Of a stretch of 64,000 nt of DNA, positions 18,461 to 27,051 are shown one piece after another (within the stretch, counting starts at the first letter, position 1; each line of letters begins with the position of its first letter). The notes beneath the pieces are model-generated. The model had not been told where the DNA came from. It worked only from the letters and a program-made list of their open reading frames with translations, and searched no databases. Source of the stretch: a virus (taxonomy: Duplodnaviria; Heunggongvirae; Uroviricota; Caudoviricetes); IMG/VR virus record IMGVR_UViG_2923618136_000001; one strand, written 5' to 3'. A program made the translations under genes and the position numbers.

Positions 18461-19063
18461 TTACCGTTCGGCTTGGCCGTTAAGCCACCACTTGCCGCCG
18501 GGAGTCTTCGGGGGGAAGGCGACGTTGACCACGAAATCGTCGTCCACGATGAGATAGCCAAGCGCGTGCAGCTCATGGAGAGCCATCGCCGCTCCCTCGT
18601 CCGTCATCGGCATGCTGTCCTCGGGCATCTCGTCCGGGCGGAGCCGTCGCAGTTCCTCCTGGGTGTCAGGACTGGACACGCCAGCGGCCATCTCGATCAG
18701 CGGCACATCCTGGTAGGAGCCAGGCTCGCCCGGAACAGCCATGTGGATGACACCCTCCTGAATCTGCTGGTCAAGGAACACTGCAGCCTTGGGCACCACG
18801 CCGTGATAGCGCGGGCCGAGCCGAACGAACGCATCGGCGAGGTCCTTGGCAGTGTCGTCGAGCCGGTCGTCGAAACGGGCCGAGTGCACGATCGCGTCCT
18901 TGGCGTAGTCGCCGACGTGAAACCACTCCTCGTACAGCTTGAACGGCGGCTGCAGGCGCTGGAGCGGCGACAAGCTCTGCAGCTTCCTCGCCTGGCGCTG
19001 AGCGCGCTGCCGTTCGAGCTGCTTGTCGCGAGCGGACCGGTTCTTCTTCGGCTTGCTGGCCAC
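18461..19063 (-). CDS. hypothetical protein
   Basis: 200-aa ORF with a basic N-terminus (KPKKNRSARDKQLERQRAQRQARK). Downstream of the tyrosine recombinase. Confidence 0.45.
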   Translation of the reverse strand: MASKPKKNRSARDKQLERQRAQRQARKLQSLSPLQRLQPPFKLYEEWFHVGDYAKDAIVHSARFDDRLDDTAKDLADAFVRLGPRYHGVVPKAAVFLDQQIQEGVIHMAVPGEPGSYQDVPLIEMAAGVSSPDTQEELRRLRPDEMPEDSMPMTDEGAAMALHELHALGYLIVDDDFVVNVAFPPKTPGGKWWLNGQAER

Positions 19064-19125
19064 CTCAAGCTCCTTGCATATCGGGGAAAGTCATGGTCTC
19101 AGGTTCCGTCTGTTCGGGAGGGGAC

Positions 19126-20115
19126 TTACATTCCGATCCCCGCCGTGGCGTTGTCCGCCCACTGGTCGACGATCCGCAGGTACTCGTGCAGCGCAGTCGA
19201 GTTCGGCGCCCATCCGCCCTGCTCGGCGATCGTCCGGTAGTCGTGCTTCGCCTCCCGCGCCGCCGTGGCGAGGCCGGCGCGCATGCTGTGCCCGGTGATG
19301 CCCACCAAGCCCACCGCCTCGGCCGCGCCTGCGATGGCGATCCCGATGCCCTGCGCGCTGATCGGACCCATCATCTTGTGCCGGTTGAAGCGCTGGAACG
19401 CGGGCCCGTCTGGGTCGAGGTCCGAGGCCGCCGCCCACGCCTGCCAGGCGCGCTGCGCGCACGTCCACTCGTTCTCGCCCTTCTTGATCGCAGGTGATCG
19501 GGCGCCGGTCTTGCCGTACCGGGCGAACACCTGCAGGCCCTTCTCCGTCACGACCACGTCGCGCGTACGGAGGTTCGCCAGCTCCGACCGGCGCGCCGCC
19601 ATACCGAAGCCGACCGTGAGGATCGCCCGGTCGCGCAGGCCCTTCAGGGTGTCCGGCAGCGCCTTCGACATCATGCGGAGCTGCATCATCGTCAGCGCGG
19701 GAGCCTTACCGCGGCCGCGTTCCTCGCCCGCCTCGGCCAGCATCCGCACGAGGGCGTCGATCGCCTTCTTCGCCTTCTTCGGGCCGTTCGGGTGTACGTC
19801 AACCCCGCGCTCACGCAGGCACACCGCCGCGCCGTACATGTTCCGCTGGATGGTCGACGGAGCCGCGCCCTCCTTGCCCCTCCAGATCACGAACCCGAAG
19901 AACGCGCCCGGTGTGCCGGCCTCCAGCGGGATGCCCACGTCGGCGATGTACCGCTCCCAGACCCTCCAGTCGCTCGCGTAGCTGCGCAGCGTGTTCTCGC
20001 TGCGGGGCTCGAACTCCTCCGCCAGCTCGTCGAGCTCGACGAGCCGGGCCCAGCGGGCGGCGTCCTCGGCGGACACCAGCTCGCCACCGCCTTGGAGCTC
20101 CAGCTCCCCGGTCAC
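19126..20115 (-). CDS. tyrosine recombinase (integrase/XerCD-like)
   Basis: Catalytic motifs: R (ELANLRTRDV), HxxR (GHSMRAGLATAA) and the nucleophile Y (ALHEYLR). GTG start at 20115 is GTGA-coupled to the upstream excisionase-like gene. Confidence 0.7.
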   Translation of the reverse strand: MTGELELQGGGELVSAEDAARWARLVELDELAEEFEPRSENTLRSYASDWRVWERYIADVGIPLEAGTPGAFFGFVIWRGKEGAAPSTIQRNMYGAAVCLRERGVDVHPNGPKKAKKAIDALVRMLAEAGEERGRGKAPALTMMQLRMMSKALPDTLKGLRDRAILTVGFGMAARRSELANLRTRDVVVTEKGLQVFARYGKTGARSPAIKKGENEWTCAQRAWQAWAAASDLDPDGPAFQRFNRHKMMGPISAQGIGIAIAGAAEAVGLVGITGHSMRAGLATAAREAKHDYRTIAEQGGWAPNSTALHEYLRIVDQWADNATAGIGM

Positions 20116-20438
20116 TCGGCACCTTCCCGCAGCTTCCACCCCTGATCATCGCGGTCCCACACGAACAGCCCCGCCTCGATCAAGCGGTAGATCTCACTCT
20201 TGGCCAAGCCGTACCGCTCGGTCGCGATGTCGGTATCCCACCGGCCTTTCCAGATGGCAGGCCGGTCCGCCTTCCGGCCCTCCTCGCAGCCGATGCCCTC
20301 CAAGCAGTCGTAGCGCTGAGTCCCGCAGTACGGGCATCGCGCCACATCGCAGCGCAGATCATGGCCCTGGCCAGGCGCGACAGCGCAGTCACCGCACAAG
20401 GAGCTGATGTCGTCTGGCACCTTCGCCTCACCGGTCAC
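20112..20438 (-). CDS. excisionase / AlpA-family HTH DNA-binding protein
   Basis: GTG at 20438 with GAGGAGG RBS. Contains the HTH IATERYGLAKSEIYRLIEAGLF plus CxxC pairs. Immediately upstream of and overlapping the tyrosine recombinase. Confidence 0.5.
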   Translation of the reverse strand: MTGEAKVPDDISSLCGDCAVAPGQGHDLRCDVARCPYCGTQRYDCLEGIGCEEGRKADRPAIWKGRWDTDIATERYGLAKSEIYRLIEAGLFVWDRDDQGWKLREGAE

Positions 20439-20746
20439 GTCGCTGCCTCCTCGTCGATGAACATCCCCTCGGCGCGCTCGACCATCAGGGTCAGGTTCGT
20501 CGGACCTGATGGGCCCTGGCCGGATGGCCAATACATCGACCCGGGCGCCGGATAGGACCACTCCCGGTTCACGACCCGGAACAGCTCCGTACCCACCCCG
20601 ACCAGGTCCCCGATCTGGGGCGGCATCGTCGTGGGCAGGCCCTCTCCGGGCGGAAACTGCTGGTTGAGATTGGTGTACTGGAAGCCGCCGCGCTGGCCGG
20701 GTTCACGCAGGTAGAAGGTGCACCGGGCGACCGTGAAGGCTTTCAC
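20435..20746 (-). CDS. hypothetical protein
   Basis: 103 aa, GTGA-coupled to the downstream gene. Confidence 0.4.
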   Translation of the reverse strand: MKAFTVARCTFYLREPGQRGGFQYTNLNQQFPPGEGLPTTMPPQIGDLVGVGTELFRVVNREWSYPAPGSMYWPSGQGPSGPTNLTLMVERAEGMFIDEEAAT

Positions 20747-21204
20747 TTCCCCGTCTCCTCGTCGTCGACCAGCTTGGCCAGAGCCTCCAGGAACTCCTCC
20801 GGTGTGCGCAGGTGCTCCTCCGGGGTCATGTCCACGAAGAACTCCCGGTACAGCAGTTCAGCCGCACGCCACACCACGTCGTCGTCCCGGCCCGCGTCCC
20901 ACCACTGGCGCAGGATGCTCTCCGAGCCCGTATACGACACGTCGTAGAAGCACTGGCCGCCCGGGACGTACTCGCACGGGGTCTCGCGCGGCTCCTGGCC
21001 GACCTGGTAGGGGAACGGGGCGTGGTAGGCGAGACCGCCGCCGTGCCAACCGCCGGTCTCCTGCCAGAGGAGGGGAGCATTCTCCGGGGGCCGCATGAAC
21101 AGCACCTCGATCGTGCCGTGCTCCCCCGTCAGCAGGTAGTGCACCAGGCTGGAGCGTTCGCCCTCGGCCTGGTCGTCGACAATCTTCCGGGTGAAGTCGC
21201 TCAT
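20743..21204 (-). CDS. hypothetical protein
   Basis: 153 aa with protein-like composition (W/Y-rich). Confidence 0.45.
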   Translation of the reverse strand: MSDFTRKIVDDQAEGERSSLVHYLLTGEHGTIEVLFMRPPENAPLLWQETGGWHGGGLAYHAPFPYQVGQEPRETPCEYVPGGQCFYDVSYTGSESILRQWWDAGRDDDVVWRAAELLYREFFVDMTPEEHLRTPEEFLEALAKLVDDEETGK

Positions 21205-21734
21205 CAGGCACCGGCCTCAGACTCGGCGGAGCGAGGCGTCCACTGGACCTCCCAGACGCGATACACCTCGACGCCGCGCTCCTCCAGCAGCCGCCAGATC
21301 TCCGCCTCCCGTCCCACGGGGATACGCAGAGCTGCCTTCCACATCTTCCGATCGGGGGCGCGTTCGGAACGGTCTTGCTCGACGATGCGCCGGGCCTGGT
21401 TGGCGATGGCCCGCTGGGCCGCCTCGAACTCGTCGGCGATGACCCGCATGGCCGCTTCGTAACGGAAGATAGCGGTCTCGGTCTCGGGTGCCCACCCGGT
21501 GGGCAGGGTCAGCATCGAGCACCGACCGAGCCGGCTCAGCAGAGACAGCGCGGCGTGCGCGGCGCGCACCGTCTCCGGGTTGTCGTGCTCGACCCGGACA
21601 CCGGTCTCTAGGTAGGTCAGCAGGTAGCCGCTGGGGTCGAGACCTCCTTCCAGCAGCGCTCTCCGGGTCGTTTCCAGTCCTGCGCCGTCGTAGTTGAAGC
21701 CATACATCGGCTTGTCGTTCATGGGGTTCTCCAT
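21204..21734 (-). CDS. hypothetical protein
   Basis: 176 aa. Confidence 0.45.
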   Translation of the reverse strand: MENPMNDKPMYGFNYDGAGLETTRRALLEGGLDPSGYLLTYLETGVRVEHDNPETVRAAHAALSLLSRLGRCSMLTLPTGWAPETETAIFRYEAAMRVIADEFEAAQRAIANQARRIVEQDRSERAPDRKMWKAALRIPVGREAEIWRLLEERGVEVYRVWEVQWTPRSAESEAGA

Positions 21735-21782
21735 GGGGTGGTGAGGGGAAGCCCCCGGCGCGTGGCCGGGGGGTGGAACTGG

Positions 21783-22499
21783 TCAGGGGGTGCGGACGAC
21801 GTCCATCAGCTTCGCGATGGCGGCGATGCACGGGGCGTGGTCGTCCATCCCCTCGACCCTGGCGAGCCGGTCGTTCAGGTACCACTCCACGTCGTCGGGG
21901 GTGCGCTCCACGAGTTCGTGCTGTTCGAGGCAGGACCGCGAGGGCACGCCCATCCACAGCGCGTAGTAGTCGCTGCCGGAGTAGAGCTTGCCAGTGGCGT
22001 CGTCGCGCCACACTCCGGTGAGGTCGACCTCCTCGGCGTGGCAGGCGAAGTTGACCTGACCGAGGAGGGTCAAGCCGGGGAAGCCGGGGAGCTGGAGGGT
22101 GGCGGTGTCGGGCCTGGCGCTCACCTTGCGGACGGTGTCCATCAGCGCGGAGATGGCGTCAGCGAACGTCGCGCGGTCGTCGATCCACTCGGCACTGTTG
22201 AGCCGCTTGTCCAGGTGGGCCTGGAGCTCGTCGACGGTGCACGGGATGAGGTCCTCTCGGGTGAGGTCGTCATTCGGCACCGGCATCCACTCGGCGTCGC
22301 AGTCGTCGGCGTAGTAGAGCTTGCCGGTGTTGTCGTTGCGCCACACGCCGGTCACGTCGGCCTCATCGGTGCGGCAGGAGAAGCTGGCCTGACCGAGGAG
22401 CGTCAGGCCGGGGAACGTGGGGACGTTGAAGGAGTGCGCCGTCTCGGGGGCGGCGGTGAGGACGCAGGGGTCGAGGACGGGGCGGGGAGTCGCGGTCAT
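21783..22499 (-). CDS. hypothetical protein with internal tandem duplication (2 x ~115 aa)
   Basis: FPGLTLLGQASFSCRTDEADVTGVWRNDNTGKLYY... is repeated as FPGLTLLGQVNFACHAEEVDLTGVWRDDATGKLYS.... Confidence 0.5.
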   Translation of the reverse strand: MTATPRPVLDPCVLTAAPETAHSFNVPTFPGLTLLGQASFSCRTDEADVTGVWRNDNTGKLYYADDCDAEWMPVPNDDLTREDLIPCTVDELQAHLDKRLNSAEWIDDRATFADAISALMDTVRKVSARPDTATLQLPGFPGLTLLGQVNFACHAEEVDLTGVWRDDATGKLYSGSDYYALWMGVPSRSCLEQHELVERTPDDVEWYLNDRLARVEGMDDHAPCIAAIAKLMDVVRTP

Positions 22500-22746
22500 G
22501 TTGCAAGCCGTTCTGCTAGCGGGTTGGTCAGTGCGTGTGAGCTGGGTGACTCACTCGCGATTTGTGATCTTGCGAATTACTTGATCACTACGTTGATTCT
22601 AACTCACGATAAGAGACATTATCGTGAGTTAGAGCGCAAGATCGCAGAAATCCGTGAGGTCTTTTCGCGCACACCGACCAACTCCCAACCAGCTCCCAGA
22701 AACCCCCAACGCTGGGAGTTGAGCCCCCGAGACTCAACCCTCAGCG

Positions 22747-23085
22747 CTACTCAACCCACTTCGCGACCTCCACCACCGTCCGCACCTCCAACGGCCGCAA
22801 CAACATCACCGGCTCAACCTCGAACACCCGCGCCAACACCACCAGATCATCCACATCCACATGACGCATCCGCAGCGCGCCCGCATCCGCGGCGGCTTCC
22901 AGCTTCGTCACCGACACATCAGACAACCGGCGCCCCGCAGCGGCCATCCGCTCGCTCAACTCCTGCTGCGACCACCCACGCCCCCGGCGCAACAAACGCA
23001 CATTCGCCGCAACCACCCGACCCACCGGCCCAACACCATTCACCGCACGCTTACCAGCCACCAGAACCCTCCTCACCAGACGCAA
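22747..23085 (-). CDS. XRE-family HTH transcriptional regulator
   Basis: HTH segment GWSQQELSERMAAAGRRLSDVSVTKLE. 112 aa. Confidence 0.55.
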   Translation of the reverse strand: MRLVRRVLVAGKRAVNGVGPVGRVVAANVRLLRRGRGWSQQELSERMAAAGRRLSDVSVTKLEAAADAGALRMRHVDVDDLVVLARVFEVEPVMLLRPLEVRTVVEVAKWVE

Positions 23086-23490
23086 GCCCGAACGCTAGCG
23101 GCAACCGCGCACCAGGCCGGCCACGCCGACCACGCATCACCCGCTCCAACTCCAACAACTCCCGAACATTCACCAGACCCCCCGCCTCCCCCGGCCGACG
23201 AGCACGCGGCTCCCCCGACACCCGGTCAACCACCAGACACCGAAGATGACCACCAGCCACCCACCGGCCCACCGTCGAACGATCAACACCAGCACGACAC
23301 GCAGCACCATCAAAATCCACCCACACACCCCACATCATCACCCCACAACCCCCCAAACAAACACACACCGACACACCACCACGGCAAAACGACACCACCA
23401 CACACCCCCCAAAAGCCAGCCAAACAGCGACACACACCGGCCCCGGCCCCCCTCCCCCCGGGGGGGGTGGGGGGGTGCGTGATCCTGGGA
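23086..23490. other. ~400 bp strand-asymmetric C/A-rich low-complexity non-coding tract ending in a G-run palindrome
   Basis: The plus strand here is almost only C and A (...ccacccacacaccccacatcatcaccccacaacccccc...). It ends in cccctccccccggggggggtgggggggtg. No credible ORF. It lies upstream of the XRE regulator on the transcribed strand. Confidence 0.6.
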
Positions 23491-23498
23491 ACGCAAAA

Positions 23499-23528
23499 GC
23501 ACCCGCTAGCACTATGGCTAGCGGGTGC
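23499..23528. promoter_or_regulatory. perfect inverted repeat GCACCCGCTAGC-ACTATG-GCTAGCGGGTGC (GCTAGC-N6-GCTAGC dyad)
   Basis: Read directly from the sequence. One of four GCTAGC-N6-G(C/T)TAGC dyads in the window. Confidence 0.55.
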
Positions 23529-23546
23529 GTTTGACCAGCTCAGAGA

Positions 23547-23948
23547 CTAGCTGAGACCGGCGAGGAACTCTTTGACGATCTCGCGTCGGATCGTCTCCTC
23601 CGTGCTCAGCAGAATCTTGTGAAGGCGCTTTATCTCAGCCCTGTTAACGATCTCGATCGGGCCGTTAGGCACGCCACCTGCGATAAGCCGGTCCTGGGTG
23701 CACTCAGAGAGTGCGTGGGCGGCCTCGAAAGCTTCGACCAGCGGCGATGCGATCCCCTCCGAGTAGTAGCGCAGGGCGTGCTCAACGCCCTCGCAACTGA
23801 CGTCGTGGTTAAGGATCACGACCGGCTTGTTAGCGCGGGTGATCGCGACCGCGACGCCGACGGGGATGGACAGGACGGCGAGGGTCAACGCGTACGCCTC
23901 GGAAGCTTCGATGATGAGCTGGTTGGTGGGGGTCGTGTTGCGGAACAT
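23547..23948 (-). CDS. hypothetical protein
   Basis: 133 aa. Confidence 0.4.
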   Translation of the reverse strand: MFRNTTPTNQLIIEASEAYALTLAVLSIPVGVAVAITRANKPVVILNHDVSCEGVEHALRYYSEGIASPLVEAFEAAHALSECTQDRLIAGGVPNGPIEIVNRAEIKRLHKILLSTEETIRREIVKEFLAGLS

Positions 23949-24018
23949 GGATGGATCTCCTAGCTAGGTTGGTTGGGAGGGAAGCCGGGCGGCGCGGGTA
24001 CGCCGCCCGGCGCGGTGG

Positions 24019-24672
24019 TTACTGCTGGGCCTTCTCCTGCTCAGCCTTCGCCTTCTCGAAGGCGGCGAGCATGGCCGACTGCGCGGTGATGTCCAAGCCG
24101 AGTTTCTTCGCGACCTCGATAGCTGCGACCAGGTCCTTAATCGTGTTCTCCATCAAGTCGCCCGCCGCCTTCTTCTCGGCAGCCTTGCGGGCTTCCTCAC
24201 GCTGGGCCTTGATCTGCTCCATGGCGTCAGGCATGACGGCGGTGATGGCCTTGGTCAGGTCGGAGACGGTGACGCCCGCCGGGATCGCAAGCGGGCTCTT
24301 GTCGTCCACACCCAAGATCCACATGCCGTGGAACTGGCGGGTCGTGAAGCGCTTCGCCGCCTTGCCCGTGCCCTGGGTGTAGACGTAGGTCGCGGGGAAG
24401 TCGTCCCCCTCCGGAGCCTCGATAAGAGCCTCACCGATGAACGCGTCACCGTGCAGCTTGTTCTCAGCCTGGAGGCTGACGAGGGTGGCGATGCTGGGGC
24501 GCATCCCGCCGACAAAGGACCAGAAGGACGCCGTACCGCGCGCCGATCCGCCCTTGGGGGTCTCCGCCCTGGTCAGCCAGGCGAAGGTCGGGAGGAGGGC
24601 GGTCGCGAGCTCCAGAGAGAGCGTCAGCTTGACCTCGGCGGGGGCGGCGGCGGTGGTGGTGTTCTCGGTCAT
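24019..24672 (-). CDS. hypothetical protein
   Basis: 217 aa with a Lys/Ala/Glu-rich C-terminus. Confidence 0.4.
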   Translation of the reverse strand: MTENTTTAAAPAEVKLTLSLELATALLPTFAWLTRAETPKGGSARGTASFWSFVGGMRPSIATLVSLQAENKLHGDAFIGEALIEAPEGDDFPATYVYTQGTGKAAKRFTTRQFHGMWILGVDDKSPLAIPAGVTVSDLTKAITAVMPDAMEQIKAQREEARKAAEKKAAGDLMENTIKDLVAAIEVAKKLGLDITAQSAMLAAFEKAKAEQEKAQQ

Positions 24673-24737
24673 GATCTCCCCTTGAGGGGTAGGGGACCGC
24701 CCGCCCTGATGCGGGCGGTCCTGATTGGTTGGGCTGG

Positions 24738-25481
24738 TTAGGCGACTAGGGTTTCGTCGCCTTCGACGTCCCGCCGGGTAGCGGGCTTACGCTTGCGCTT
24801 TTGCTTGCGTGATGGGGCGTGCTTCGCTCCCCGCTTCACGACCCAGATGGCGGTTCCGATCGCCCCCAGTACGGCGAGTCCAGCCGCAGTGATCGCCAGA
24901 CGGATGGGGGTATCCATCGCCGCAAGCTGAGCGGCTGTGGCATCCGTCGTGTTGATCTGTGGCGCAGCTTGCGGGATGCAGGCCACGCCGACCAGCGGAG
25001 GAGTCGCACACGCGGGGGTCGCCGCTGGGGCGAACACCGGGCTAGGCACCGGAGGTGACGGCACCGGAGGAGTCTGGACCGGAACCGCTGGGAGCGGCTG
25101 AGCGGACACGAAACTCACCGAGACCGAAGGTGACGGGGTGACTGTGGCGGTCGCCGTGGCGGTCGCCGTGGCCGTCCTGGTCGCCGTCGCCGTGGCCGTC
25201 ACGGTCGCCGTGGCGGTCGCGGTCGCGGTCGCCGTGGCGGTCGCCGTGGCGGTCGCCGTCGCCGTCGCCGTCACCGTGGCCTTTTCGGTCACGGTCGCGG
25301 TCGCCGTGGGGTCGGCCGTCACGCACACCGTGCCTTCCGGCAAGGGGTCCGGGCAGGGTGCGGCGAGGGCAGGCACACCGGCGGCGACCGCGTACGACGC
25401 CGGGAGAAGTACCGCGCCCGTGATCAGGATGGCGGCAATCGCCGCAGCCGCCGCCCCCCGAACTTTCATCGTTTTGTTCAT
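24738..25481 (-). CDS. secreted, membrane-anchored protein with (Thr-Ala)n repeat
   Basis: N-terminal signal peptide (MNKTMKVRGAAAAAIAAILITGAVLLPASYAVAAG). Long TATATATATATA... tract, a Pro-rich segment, a C-terminal TM helix (IRLAITAAGLAVLGAIGTAIWVV) and a basic tail. Confidence 0.5.
   Translation of the reverse strand: MNKTMKVRGAAAAAIAAILITGAVLLPASYAVAAGVPALAAPCPDPLPEGTVCVTADPTATATVTEKATVTATATATATATATATATATATATVTATATATRTATATATATATVTPSPSVSVSFVSAQPLPAVPVQTPPVPSPPVPSPVFAPAATPACATPPLVGVACIPQAAPQINTTDATAAQLAAMDTPIRLAITAAGLAVLGAIGTAIWVVKRGAKHAPSRKQKRKRKPATRRDVEGDETLVA
25141..25320. repeat. in-frame hexanucleotide microsatellite (GCCGTG/GCGGTC)n encoding the (Thr-Ala)n tract
   Basis: About 28 near-identical 6-nt units (ggcggtcgccgtggcggtcgccgtggccgtc...) lie inside CDS 24738..25481. 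Confidence 0.7.
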
Positions 25482-25816
25482 AGCTAAAGCTTACGCCCCA
25501 TCAGGTTTCCTGACGACCCTTATGGCCCCTTTACGGATCACGATCATGTAACACCTGTTTTCCCAGGTCAGAAGGGGTGCGTGCCGTCGCGCCCGCGACC
25601 GCGCCCGAAGGTCGTCAGCGAGCCCAAGCCGCCTCGCGAGGGCACCGCCGACCTTGTGTCTTGGCTAACCGGTCATTTGCTGTGACTGGTGTTGGTGGTG
25701 TTGCTGCGTTTTCCCTTACGGATCCGTACGTGGCTCTCTGAGCGTTTCGGAGCGTGGCCCCCGTGTCTTTGGTCGGATCGGACGCGCGAGCGCTTTAGCT
25801 TGCGTCTGAGAGCGTT

Positions 25817-26056
25817 CTAGACGTGTTTCTGGCCCGTTTCTCGTGTCGCGTTGTTCGTGGGGAAGTGCTCAGCGACGAGGGGAGCGTCTGGGGTCCGCCT
25901 GGCTGTGCAGGCCCGGCAGTGGTCGCGGCCGGCGGTGTAGGTCCAGCCTCTGTCGAGAGCGGCTTGCTCTCGGGCGTGTACTGGGGACCTCGCGACGTAG
26001 TAGACGTGGGAGCCGCAGCGTGGGGTGTCGCAGCGGAGGCTGATGAGGCAGCTCAT
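25817..26056 (-). CDS. small zinc-finger-like protein
   Basis: Cys pattern CDTPRCGSH...HCRAC. 79 aa. Confidence 0.35.
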   Translation of the reverse strand: MSCLISLRCDTPRCGSHVYYVARSPVHAREQAALDRGWTYTAGRDHCRACTARRTPDAPLVAEHFPTNNATRETGQKHV

Positions 26057-26352
26057 GTGTCGTCTCCGGGTCGGTGGCGGTTGAGGATTCGGTCGGCGTG
26101 GTCGCGCCAGGCGGCGAGCTGTTCGGGGGGCATGCGTTGGGCTTGGGAGGGGAGTTTCACGATGGCGTCGCGGACGCGGAGGCGTGGGCCGTCTTCGTCT
26201 CGTGCGGCGAGGACGGACTCGACGACGAGTCGGTGTGACCAGGGGCAGCCGACGAGCTCGCGGAGGACTTGGTCGATGTCCCAGTCTTCGCGCATTTCGA
26301 CGAGGAGGGCGGCGAGGGCGCCGTAGGCGTAGCGGATGGCGGGCTGGGTCAT
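26053..26352 (-). CDS. hypothetical protein
   Basis: 99 aa, overlaps the downstream gene start. Confidence 0.4.
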   Translation of the reverse strand: MTQPAIRYAYGALAALLVEMREDWDIDQVLRELVGCPWSHRLVVESVLAARDEDGPRLRVRDAIVKLPSQAQRMPPEQLAAWRDHADRILNRHRPGDDT

Positions 26353-26439
26353 GTCGTGGTCCTTCGTGCTTGCGTGAGCGCTTGCGTCATCTTCCGCGTT
26401 CTCCGGGCCGTGATCTTCCCCCTTCCACCTAAGCCACGT

Positions 26440-26650
26440 ACGGAGAGATCTATGTGTATAGGGATAGATAGGGAAGCTTTTATAGGGATGGGCCCGGATC
26501 CTCGTCCGGGCATTCCGAGCGATTGCCCGGATCCTCGTCCGTGATTGCCCGGATTCTCATCCGGGCTTTCTGGCCGGTTTGGGGGGCTCGTGGACGAGTT
26601 ATCCACAGCCCCCCGACCCTTTATTGCCCGGACGGTGATCCGGTCTTTCC
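26440..26650. repeat. iteron-like repeats (4 x ~20 bp TTGCCCGGATyCTCrTCCGGGC) next to an AT-rich stretch with 3 x TAGGGA(T/A): putative replication origin
   Basis: Copies at ~26492, 26523, 26544 and 26623; each is internally palindromic (CCCGGA...TCCGGG). They sit beside ctatgtgtatagggatagatagggaagcttttatagggatgg, an unusually AT-rich island for this genome. Immediately upstream of the winged-helix gene 26621..27010. Confidence 0.5.
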
Positions 26651-27010
26651 CGGTGGTGGCAGCTCGTACGACGCCGGGAGGAACGGCAGGATGTAGTCGC
26701 TGGAGCGCCCCCGGACGGCGAACACTGGTTGCCCCCGGCTGTTCGTCGCGATCGGCACACGCACCTCCAGGCCCCGCAACGCGAGACGCCGGAACACCTT
26801 CGTCAACGAGTCGACCTCGACGCCGACCCGGGCGGCGATGACATCCGTCAGCGTCTTGCCGTCACCCTTGTACGCCCACATCTTCCGAGTCGTCTTATTG
26901 CACCGCTCCGCGATGATGAGCAGGACCAGGCGTTCGGCCCCTGTCAACCCTTCCGCTGCGGGCGTCTCCAACCAGGCGCACACCTCCCCGACCAGGCTTT
27001 CGGCCATCAC
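26621..27010 (-). CDS. winged-helix DNA-binding protein (possible origin-binding protein)
   Basis: HTH-like LTGAERLVLLIIAERCNKTTRKMWAYKGDGKTLTDVIAARVGV. Adjacent to the iteron region. Confidence 0.45.
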   Translation of the reverse strand: MMAESLVGEVCAWLETPAAEGLTGAERLVLLIIAERCNKTTRKMWAYKGDGKTLTDVIAARVGVEVDSLTKVFRRLALRGLEVRVPIATNSRGQPVFAVRGRSSDYILPFLPASYELPPPGKTGSPSGQ

Positions 27011-27051
27011 TTCCCCCGTCGTCGTGCATAGGTCCCTTGAGGGAAGGGAGA

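Noticed and set aside
21217-22011. 264-aa R-rich minus ORF and 21738..23249(+) 503-aa ORF
   Set aside because: They overlap better-supported genes (21204..21734, 21783..22499, 22747..23085) in other frames, and their composition is low-complexity.
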